NCBI RefSeq assembly: GCF_006345805.1
Contig: NW_021836585.1
Location: 1-24,267 of the forward strand
Direction: 5' to 3'
Length of the DNA stretch: 24,267 nucleotides
Origin: Octopus sinensis
Taxonomy: Eukaryota
In this document: positions 1 to 9,335 of the stretch, one piece after another
Layout: each line of letters opens with the position of its first letter
How positions within the stretch are numbered: the first letter of the stretch is position 1
The notes under the pieces: model-generated
Seen by the model: only the letters and a program-made list of their open reading frames with translations
Database searches by the model: none
What the model was told of the DNA's origin: nothing
Translations under genes and position numbers: made by a program

Positions 1-2976
1 GAACAGGTAGTGCGTCTCGATAGCACTGCAAAGCTAGGATTTCTGGAAGTTATCCATAGGCCCCGCCCGAACGTCGTCCTGAACAGGCGGGTTAGGAATT
101 CTTCGTCGACGCCCAGGTTTGCCCCGAGTGTGTCGTCGGACCTCCCCTCCACTAGTCCTCTATAGAACACTTTAGTCGTTTGTAAGTTGCACAAGTTTGA
201 CTCCGGTCGGCAGAGCTGCTGCAGAGCTTGGCGACACTCTCGGTGCCAATCGCCCAGTTTCGGCCTCTTTTTGATCCACGTTTGCAGTTCGGTCAGTCAG
301 ACGAGCTGCGGGAAGTCGCGCCTCACAAACGGCGCCCACACCTGTTCACCGTCGTCGATGAATTTCCAGAGATGTCGCAGTCTCAGCGCATGCCTGCGCA
401 TCATCAACCACGGCATGCCCAGTCCTCCATTCAACGGATGTTGGCAGCAAATGGACTTCCTCACCATCGGAACGCCACCCTTCCACAGGAAGCGGAAGAG
501 TATGCGTGCCAGTTTGGTGATGGTGGCGTCGGGACAAGGTACGACGGTCAGGCGGTAATCGATGACGGATGCGATGTACGCGTTCGCCACCTCCTCCCGG
601 CCTTTTAGAGACAGCTTTCTCTCGGCCCATGTTTGGCTGAGAGCGACCACTCTACTCGTGATCTCGTCCCAGTTCTTATCCATTTGGAGGTCAGGACTGA
701 AGCAGACCCCGAGCAATTTAACCGGTCCGTCCGTCCAGCGTCCCACTACTGAGCCGCAGTCGGACGGCATGGGCTTGCTTCTCCAGGTGCCTAGTAGCAA
801 ACCCACTGACTTTTCCGGGTTAATCTTTGCTCCCGTCACCGTTTCGTATTTTCTTAGTGTCTCGCCTATCATCTTGATGTGTTTGTCGCTCGACACTATG
901 ACGGTGACATCGTCCGCATATACCGACACGCTCGTCCCGCAACCCAGTTCCCGTGGGATGCCCCTCAGTGTCGCCAGCTTCCGCAGTAGCGGCTCGAGAG
1001 TCAATACATACAGAAGCGCCGACAGGGGACACCCCTGACGGACCGAACGCGTGATGTCAAACGTTTTCGACAGGTGACCGTTCACCCGAATCACCGATCG
1101 GATGCCGCTATACAAGGCAGCGATCCAACCGCGGAAGACGGGACCGAAGCCAGCCGCCCTAAGGACGGCCGCCAAGTACCGATGGTCGACCCTATCGAAG
1201 GCTTTAGACTGATCCAAATTTATCAGCGCCCCACCCATGCCAGGATCCTTAACTACCCTGTCCACAATGTAGCGCATCAGATGGAGGTTGTCATGTATGG
1301 TTCTGCCCGGCACGGCGCATGTTTGCGCCCTGTGACCAGTTTACCAATGACAAGCGCCAACCTCTCGGCTATTACTTGGGCCAAAATTTTCAAATCTGCG
1401 TTGAGCAGAGTGATGGGCCTGAAATTATCTATAAAATTCCCCGTTTGGGTCTTTCTTCAGCAACGTCACTGCACTCGGCTCACGAAACCGGGGATTCTCC
1501 CGTTTTGTTGCCAGTTGCAGTAGACTGATGCCAAGAGGTCGCCAAACAAGTCTGGCATTCGACAATACAGCTCGTAGGGTAAACCATCCGATCCAGGCGA
1601 CTTATCCCTCGCGCAGCCCGCCATCGCATCCCACACGTCGGCGGCTGTGATGGGACTTTCACAACACTCCGCTTCTCTTGCCGAGAGCCGCGGCAGGTCG
1701 GTCAGGTAGGCACTGAAATCCATCCCGCGTTCCGACCCACCACTCGCACCAAACAGTCGAGCAAAGTGCTGTTGAAAGGCCTCACACATCCTTTCGGGTT
1801 CGAGTAAACTGCATCCCTGTTGATCTATTAGAGACCGAATGGTGGCTCTGTTGCCACGCTGACCCTCCGCTACCCGGGCCTCTCGCGCAGCTTCGATCCC
1901 TTCCTTCCTTAAGGCACGCATTTTAGCTCTGACGACGCAACCTTCGTGCTTGGCGTTGAGGTGTTGGTCGAGGGCCATCCTCGCAGCCAGCACGTTGGTT
2001 GCACTGCCAGTGGTAAGTGCCTCTTCTAGTTTCTTAACCAAGTCTCCCTCTACTCTATTTCGTTCTATCGCTAATTCCTTGCTAAACCTAATTGATTCCG
2101 ATTTTATTGCCATTTTCAGGGCGTACCACCAGCGGTTGTTAACGACGGCTCCCGTCAGCGCCCTCTTAATTAACTCGCTAATCCGGTCCCTGTAAACCTG
2201 TCGCGCTAACAGCGACGTGTTCAGTTTCCAGTAACCGGAACCTGCCTATGTGTTTTATCTAAGTCGAGCGTACACGTAACAAATTTGTGATCTGTGTAGC
2301 TGACTCTTTTATATTGTGGACATCCTACACTATCCTTATCCGCTGTCCTGCATAGAATTCTATCTAGATAAGATCTCGACGATCCGACGCGGTTTGTCCA
2401 AGTCCACGTTGGCACGTTCGGATGGTCGAGTCGGAACCTGTCAGACAAATGGAAACGTCTGAGCAGGTCTTTGAGGCTCTTACACCCCCTTCTATTCCTA
2501 TCCCTTCCCACATAATCAAGATGCGTGTCCAAGGTAGCGTTCCAATCCCCTACTAACAGTAAAGGTCTAGACGTACCCAGGAAAACCTCTAGACGTCTGA
2601 AGAAATCCGCGCGACCCGTTAAGGACGGTGCATAAACTGCCATCAGACGGAATGCACACCCATTTCTGCCATCCACGTCCAAGACAACCAGCCTACCCTC
2701 CGGGTCTAGGAATATTGCTCTTATTTTTACATTTAGACTCTTTCGAAAAAGCACCGCGGTACCTCCACCACCCATGTTCGGCAGACAGGGAGAAAAATAA
2801 ATGTCAAATTGATTGCCAAACATGGACTCGAGGGCCCGCGGCTTACTGAGTCTGGTTTCACTGATAGCTACTATATCCACATTCAGTGACTTGATATCGT
2901 TTAGAAGGTAACCTTGCTTCCAAGCCGACGCCAAGCCACGCGCATTCACACAACCTAATTTAAGCATACTTGACAT
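1..2976 (-). pseudogene. LINE ORF2 (APE endonuclease + reverse transcriptase), broken by about 5 frameshifts and one in-frame TGA
   Basis: APE motifs NARGL, ISETR, VYAP, GDWN, SYLDRI, YTDH in 2221-2976. Frameshift ~2245 restores GSGYWKLNTSLL. KSPGSDGLPYELY in 1466-2113. Shifts ~1470, ~1435 and ~1340 restore AVTLLKKDP / NFRPITLLNADLKILA / QTCAVPGR. RT DQSKAFDRVDH, RQGCPLS, YADD in 297-1313. TGA at 297-299, then the frame continues to MDNFQKS; shift ~40 gives SLAWQCYRDALPV. Confidence 0.92.
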
Positions 2977-3027
2977 TTACGAAAATTGTGTTTTACACAC
3001 TACATTAGAAGAGACAAGAGGCAAGAG

Positions 3028-3610
3028 TCACTTACTCATTTTAAAAGTTTCATTTTTTTCTTCTTTTGTATTGTTTTTGATGAGGTGTTTGTATAGATTT
3101 TTCGACAGGTATCGTTGAAACCCGCCTACCGCATTCGGAAATATTGTTTTCAGTATGTGGTGTTGTGCTTGTGTTATGTGTAAAATTCTGATGTGTTTCG
3201 GTGGTGTGGTATGCGAATGATTGTTTGTCTTAAAGCCATTTTCACAGATGACCGTGCTGGATGTAATGTAGTCCATTAATTCTTTATTGTCTGTGTCTAT
3301 TGCAGTTAGTTGTGTGTGTGGTTTTACGGTTTCATTGCTTTTTTGATTGTCTAGGGGGATGTTGTCCGGAGTTAGATATCTCCCTGCTTTACATCCTTGT
3401 TTGGTGGATTTTTGGGATCTTTTCCTTTTACCCCCTGTGGCTATTTGCCATTCCGTCGAACTTTCGTCGTCCGACGTATCAGTAGAAGGTAAAGGCAAAG
3501 CATTTGCATTACTATGTATGCTTGTAAAAATTGTTGATGTTTTGTGCGGTGTTTGTGTTGTTGTGGTGTTAGGGGTAGAATTTGTCTTCTTGTCACTGTT
3601 TTCTGTCTTT
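3028..3610 (-). pseudogene. Probable frameshifted C-terminal part of ORF1
   Basis: Alternative frame is open from ~3610 (KTENSDKK...LPLPSTDTSDDESSTEWQIATGGKRKRSQK) to the stop at 3028, 51 nt before the ORF2 ATG; contains the basic KRKR patch typical of ORF1 tails. Confidence 0.5.
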
Positions 3611-4973
3611 TAATTGTCGTCCTCGTTGTGGGTGTTGGTCTATTTTTTGTTGATTCAACATATTGAATTGGTTGTGACATCAACGGTGATTGTGTTGGTA
3701 CTGTTTCTTTTCTTGGTGATGTTGTTGGGGTTTGTTTGCTGGTTTCTTGTTTTTCTTGGCATTGTTCCATAATTGAGTGTGTTGGTGTTGGTGTTGGCAA
3801 CAAGGGTTTTTTATTTGTTTTCTGATTTGTTCTTTCTTGTTTTTTCTGTAACAGAGCGCACTTGGCAATTAAATGTTCGGGGCTGCCATAGTTGTAGCAT
3901 CTAGGCTTTTTGCCTTCTGCTACAACATATAGGCATTGCCCATTTTCCAAGTGGATCTTATCCGGTAGGCTCTCGATAGAGGCCCCCTCAATCTGTATGG
4001 TCACCACTATTGTCTTCCCACCCCAAATGTCGCCAAGGTACACGGCGGTTTCCAAAATGTTGATATTTTTTAAATGGTAACAGATTGCCCCTGTTATCGA
4101 TTTGTTAGGAATCTCGGGAGGTACATTTTTAATAGTGCTTCGACTCACTCTCTGGTTTTTATAGTATGGGACCATGATGATTTCATCATTTCCCAGAGAC
4201 TCAGTACAGTGAGCTTTTGCCACTTCCTGGTTAGGGAAGCGGACCACTACTGTGTTAAACTGGGGACCCCAGTTTATATATTCTTTTTCTTTCATTATGT
4301 TTTTTAAGCATTTTTCTACATCCGTTTTTGTAATCTGTTCATTTAGTTTTTTGTTTTTTCTTATAATTTTATAAATAATTGTCTTATTTTCTATTTCTTG
4401 CTTTATGTGTTGAGGTGTATGCAGCACTAAATCTTGTCCACGGGTTGTAAAGAGAGCTCTTGTTTCTATGAGCTCTTCATTTGTAAATGTTACAATCTCC
4501 TTCTTCTGGCGAAGAGTGTCAGCGAAATTTACTGGTGTTGTTGATATTTTTGTATTAACATCTTCACTATTTTTATTGTTGTTCTTGTTGTTGCTGTTGT
4601 TTTTGTCAATAGTTTTCGTGTGAGTTTTATTTTTATCATTTATGTTGGTCGTGGTAGTGGTGGTGGTGGTGGAGGTGGTGGTGGTGGAGGTGGTGGCGGT
4701 AGCAGTAGTAGTCTCGTGGTTGCTGTTGTTAGTGGTGGTGGTGGTGGAAGTGGTGGCGGTAGCAGTAGTAGTCTCGTGGTTGCTGTTGTTAGTGGTGGTG
4801 GTGGTGGTAGTGACAGGGCTGTTACCGCACGTGGTTGCAGCGTTCATTCCACCGATATTCATGTTTGCACTTTGCGTGCGTACGTTCTTTTTTTCTCCTA
4901 GCGTTTCCAGACTAGGAAAATGCTGGTCCATAAAAGAACGCGACCAGCGTTCTAGAATAAAATTTCTCGACAT
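3441..4973 (-). CDS. LINE ORF1 (gag-like nucleic-acid-binding protein), 510 aa
   Basis: Upstream of ORF2 on the same strand; ATG at 4973-4971; Thr/Asn-rich N-terminus, RRM-like middle (TVVVRFPNQEVAKA), degenerate CCHC knuckle CYNYGSPEHLIAKC (second C replaced by Y). Confidence 0.75.
   Translation of the reverse strand: MSRNFILERWSRSFMDQHFPSLETLGEKKNVRTQSANMNIGGMNAATTCGNSPVTTTTTTTNNSNHETTTATATTSTTTTTNNSNHETTTATATTSTTTTSTTTTTTTTNINDKNKTHTKTIDKNNSNNKNNNKNSEDVNTKISTTPVNFADTLRQKKEIVTFTNEELIETRALFTTRGQDLVLHTPQHIKQEIENKTIIYKIIRKNKKLNEQITKTDVEKCLKNIMKEKEYINWGPQFNTVVVRFPNQEVAKAHCTESLGNDEIIMVPYYKNQRVSRSTIKNVPPEIPNKSITGAICYHLKNINILETAVYLGDIWGGKTIVVTIQIEGASIESLPDKIHLENGQCLYVVAEGKKPRCYNYGSPEHLIAKCALLQKKQERTNQKTNKKPLLPTPTPTHSIMEQCQEKQETSKQTPTTSPRKETVPTQSPLMSQPIQYVESTKNRPTPTTRTTIKRQKTVTRRQILPLTPQQHKHRTKHQQFLQAYIVMQMLCLYLLLIRRTTKVRRNGK
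4640..4810 (-). repeat. (ACC)n tract with a 60-bp tandem duplication inside ORF1
   Basis: 4681-4740 and 4741-4800 are identical except one base; encodes repeated TTTTTNNSNHETTTATA. Confidence 0.9.
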
Positions 4974-5169
4974 TTTCTAATGTCGAGAAGAAAATTACAG
5001 AAATGAAATGGGGTTGAAACTGCCCCTAGGGGCGAATTCCTCCCTTGGAAAAGCACTCAAACGAAAGTTGGGTGCCTTACACACCTTATTTGCAAAAATG
5101 TACACAAAATATGGGTTATAAATAGTCAAAATAAACGATTACCTTCGGAGCCGAAGTGACAGCACGTCC

Positions 5170-5288
<119 letters not shown>

Positions 5289-5947
5289 TTTATATAATGT
5301 TTGTATTCAGGTTTTACCATTTTGAGAGTGTATAGGTTTGGTTTTCTCTGAGTCACCGAGTGTATGTTGTTCTAGGCTCAGGCTGATTATCGATTCGTTG
5401 GAAATACCCAACTTCTTTGGGGGTCATTTATTTTGCATTTATTCCTATAAGTACAAGTTATTTGATCTAAAGTAAAAAAAAGAATTGAAAGGTTATCAAT
5501 AATTTCTACGCATGAATCTATTACCAAAACCACATTATCGGCTTCGGAAAAGAACAGGGACAAATTTCTGCTTCGTCATCATTGAATTTCCAAACAGAAA
5601 AAAAAAAAAAAACTCTCGTATGAGTCAATTTAAGTCGAATTTGATTCGAATTTGAATCGAAGACGTCCATTAAAAGCGTTTTCTTTTCATTAAAATTACT
5701 CTCAAAACAATTACATTTCTCTTTTACAGGTTTCGCAAGAAAACGGAAAGAAGAAATATCGCTGAAAAGAAAATGAACGAAACATTTGAGAAAGTGTTCA
5801 ATGATTTGACTATTTAGAAAATAGTTTTGGATCTATAAGGTTAAGGGTGTAAGTTTGCAGTAGAAAGTGCGAACAATACCGGTGGTTTAAGTGTCATAAT
5901 GTCTGAAAAGGGTGATAGTTATGTTTTAGTATTTGTATGAGGTACAG

Positions 5948-6096
5948 CTCATTATATTTACGGGAGGCGGACACAGCAAATTAAATTTATCTTTCCCTTG
6001 TGAGATAGACTCACAAAAAGAAATGCCTGGACAGTCTATCACACAAGGGGAAAATCGTTTTAGTTTGTTGTGCCCGCTTCCCGTAGATGTAATGAG
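5948..6096. repeat. Long inverted repeat: 64-bp arms, 21-nt loop
   Basis: 5948-6011 pairs ungapped with 6096-6033: 52 Watson-Crick, 7 G.U, 5 mismatches (hand-paired). Confidence 0.9.
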
Positions 6097-6166
6097 GTCT
6101 TTTGGGGGTTTTTTTGTGTGGCTTTCAGACTCTTATTTATAGCAATCGCTGGTGCTATTTCGCACC

Positions 6167-6169
<3 letters not shown>

Positions 6170-6243
<74 letters not shown>

Positions 6244-6267
6244 ATATCTATATATATATATATATAT
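6170..6267. repeat. (TA)n microsatellite
   Basis: Direct reading. Confidence 0.97.
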
Positions 6268-6486
6268 TTGTGTGTTTGCGCCTGTGTTTGTACTCCCACC
6301 ATCGCTTGACAACTTATTTTGGCATGTTTATGACCCCATAACTTAGCGTTTCGGCATAGAGACCGATAGAATAAGTACCAGCCTTACAAAAACTAAGTCA
6401 TGGGGTCGATTTCTTCGACTCAAAGGCGGTGCTCCAGCATGGCCACAGTAAAATTTACTGAAACAAGTAAAAGAATAAAAGAATAT
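6268..6486 (+). mobile_element. SINE family A, 3' half only
   Basis: Similar to 19008-19208 and 8602-8826 (catcgcttgacaac...gaccgatagaataagtac...ggtgctccagcatggcc...ctgaaacaagtaaaaga); preceded by (TA)n, no head. Confidence 0.85.
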
Positions 6487-6534
6487 ATATATATATAAAT
6501 GCGAAACAAGGTGGACAAAATAGTACTCGAATAC

Positions 6535-6580
6535 AAAACTGTCCGACGAACGGGAACGTGAAACTCTGAGTAACAGTTTT
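6535..6580 (+). ncRNA. Type I hammerhead ribozyme-like motif (U4 to C variant), predicted cleavage after GUA at 6572
   Basis: AAAACTGT-CCGACGA-ACG(GGAA)CGT-GAA-ACT(CTG)AGT-A-ACAGTTTT: 8-bp helix I, GNRA-capped helix II, helix III, all core residues except U4. Confidence 0.7.
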
Positions 6581-6622
6581 TCTGATATTTTTGCTGCTTT
6601 TAATATAGTATATATATATATA

Positions 6623-6739
6623 ACGGGAAGCTTTATGAAAATAGACAAAAGACGAAGGCAGGTGGAAAACAAACAAACAATTGTATTAGTATGGCGCTCA
6701 GGAAATATAAATAAAACAAGTCTTTAACAAGTCTTTAAC
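6623..6739 (-). mobile_element. Truncated small non-coding repeat related to the hammerhead-bearing element at 22.0-22.2 kb
   Basis: Shares gtatta...cgctcaggaa-N18-tttaac with 22090-22134; ends in a local duplication aagtctttaac x2. Confidence 0.45.
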
Positions 6740-6759
6740 AAGTTATCCTTAATTGTTAA

Positions 6760-6825
<66 letters not shown>

Positions 6826-6850
6826 CATACATATATCTATGCATATATAT

Positions 6851-6881
<31 letters not shown>

Positions 6882-7102
6882 TATATTTATTTATATTGTA
6901 TAGAGGGCATTATTACACATAAATGCCTCACACTAAGAGGGACAAAGTCATTACTACCAAAATTACACTAATCATACCTAATGCAGTTCTTCAAAGCAAG
7001 ACATTTAAAAAATGAATTTAGTTCTGTATCACCCTGATAATTTCTTGTTAAGATTCCTTATTAAGAAGTTATCCTTAATTGTTAAATTATATATATATAT
7101 AT

Positions 7103-7803
7103 GTAAGCATGTATGTATATCCACTCATCTTCATCAGCCAATATTCCTGGAAGGATCGCGGCCGGAGAGTCCTCATGTAATCCTTTCCTGCGACAATCTA
7201 ATCCCATGCTCGTAACACCGGGCGTGTGACCACTTAATGCGGAAAAGCTGCGGCTCAACCTGGAGAGATTTACTTATCTCTAAGTTATGCAGACTGTCGA
7301 GGAACGTTACTTGGGAGATTTATCTGAGAGACTCCTTTTCGGTCGCTTGTATTCGCGATCGAGATTTTGGGTCATTGCCCATAACTTCTGATAAGTACGA
7401 AAATCAAATCCGAAGGTAGCAGGTTTGGCATTTTTATGCCCATCATATGAATCAGAAAAACTTAAATAAATTCGATTATTGCAAAGTTTGACTATAGATG
7501 CAGTAAAAAGAAAGGTAAAAACATCCCTAAGATTTGGGGAGTTTCCTGGCGGACCGTTTTGCGATTTGTTTAACGTCCCGCGCAAATGGCGTGGCTAGCT
7601 TCCTTCTGCAATCAGGAGCATAAGCTACTCATCATTAATAAACAATACTCATTATAAATTACTTTATGTAGGCGCAGGCGTTGCTGTGTGTAAGAAGTTT
7701 GCTTCAAAACCACATGGTTCCAGGTTCAGTCCCACTGCGTAGCATTTTGGACCAAGTGTTTTCTACTAAAGCCTCAAAGAGACCGAACTAAAAGAAGTCT
7801 GTC

Positions 7804-7876
<73 letters not shown>

Positions 7877-8575
7877 AGCATGTATGTATATCCACTCATC
7901 TTCATCAGCCAATATTCCTGGAAGGATCGCGGCCGGAGAGTCCTCATGTAATCCTTTCCTGCGACAATCTAATCCCATGCTCGTAACACCGGGCGTGTGA
8001 CCACTTAATGCGGAAAAGCTGCGGCTCAACCTGGAGAGATTTACTTATCTCTAAGTTATGCAGACTGTCGAGGAACGTTACTTGGGAGATTTATCTGAGA
8101 GACTCCTTTTCGTCGCTTGTATTCGCGATCGAGATTTTGGGTCATTGCCCATAACTTCTGATAAGTACGAAAATCAAATCCGAAGGTAGCAGGTTTGGCA
8201 TTTTTATGCCCATCATATGAATCAGAAAAACTTAAATAAATTCGATTATTGCAAAGTTTGACTATAGATGCAGTAAAAAGAAAGGTAAAAACATCCCTAA
8301 GATTTGGGGAGTTTCCTGGCGGACCGTTTTGCGATTTGTTTAACGTCCCGCGCAAATGGCGTGGCTAGCTTCCTTCTGCAATCAGGAGCATAAGCTACTC
8401 ATCATTAATAAACAATACTCATTATAAATTACTTTATGTAGGCGCAGGCGTTGCTGTGTGGTAAGAAGTTTGCTTCAAAACCACATGGTTCCAGGTTCAG
8501 TCCCACTGCGTAGCATTTTGGACCAAGTGTTTTCTACTAAAGCCTCAAAGAGACCGAACTAAAAGAAGTCTGTCG
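7103..8575. repeat. Tandem duplication of a 702-bp unit (7103-7804 and 7874-8575) separated and flanked by (TA)n
   Basis: Copies appear identical except two single-G indels (cggtcg/cgtcg and gtgtaag/gtggtaag); offset 771 bp. Confidence 0.95.
7668..7804 (+). mobile_element. SINE family A, 5' half (within duplicated unit 1)
   Basis: gtaggcgcaggcgttgctgtgt...ggttcagtcccactgcg, matches the head at 18469; followed by (TA)n. Confidence 0.85.
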
Positions 8576-8608
<33 letters not shown>

Positions 8609-8826
8609 GGGTGTTTGTGTGTCGCTGTGTCTGTGCTTGCTCCTCCACCCACCAGCGCTTGGCAACCGATGCTGGTGTATTTACGTCCCCGATATTTACC
8701 GGTTCGACAAAATGGCCCGATAGAATGAGTAGTATGCTTTAAAAAAAATAAGTGCAAGGTTCGATTCATTCCACTGAAGGTTCTTCAAGGCAGTGCCCCA
8801 GCATGACTGCAGTCCAGTCACTAATG
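8438..8826 (+). mobile_element. SINE family A, complete (tRNA-like head, internal (TA)n/(TG)n, 3' body)
   Basis: Head 8438-8575 with B-box-like ggttcagtcc, (TA)n 8576-8601, body 8602-8826 similar to 19008-19208. Confidence 0.85.
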
Positions 8827-8829
8827 AAA

Positions 8830-8947
8830 GATATATATGTGTATGTGTGTGTCTGTGTGTATATGTCTGCGTGTGTGTGTATGTATGTGCGTACGTGTGC
8901 AATCGTGTGTGTGTGTGTGTGAATAAAACAAATACATCAGAACACAT

Positions 8948-8982
<35 letters not shown>

Positions 8983-8985
8983 GCC
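8830..8985. repeat. (TG)n followed by (CA)n microsatellites
   Basis: Direct reading. Confidence 0.9.
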
Positions 8986-9212
8986 TAATACGCACCTAGA
9001 CAATAACAAACTTAAACATAAGTGAAAAACAAAAATCACATCTTAAAACCTGATCTGATCTTTATTTGCTTTGATTAGAATGACATAAGTAAGATGTGAA
9101 TGGATTAAACGCCGGGTAATAGAAATGTAATGGATTATAGATTATTGCCAAAAAGTTAAGTAAAAAAAGACAAAGATTATTCACTCATATTATTATCATA
9201 TTGATGCTAGGG

Positions 9213-9269
9213 ATTATTATTATCACCACCACCACCATCATCATCGTCATCATCATCATCATCATTATT

Positions 9270-9335
<66 letters not shown>
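9213..9335. repeat. Compound (TTA)/(CAC)/(CAT) microsatellite; (AAT)n tail of the RTE fragment
   Basis: Direct reading. Confidence 0.95.

Noticed and set aside
187-1523. Plus-strand ORFs of 69-158 aa
   Set aside because: Antisense shadows of GC-rich LINE ORF2 with no recognisable motifs
3441-4973. ORF1 domestication (longer open frame than ORF2)
   Set aside because: It still has a probable frameshift and a mutated zinc knuckle; the difference in lesion count is too small to infer selection
5730-5848. Candidate exon (tttctcttttacag acceptor, gtaagt donor)
   Set aside because: All three frames contain stops; a non-coding exon cannot be shown from sequence alone
7131-7137. Minus-strand CTGATGA (also 7902-7908)
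   Set aside because: Not followed by a stem and GAAA before the (TA)n tract
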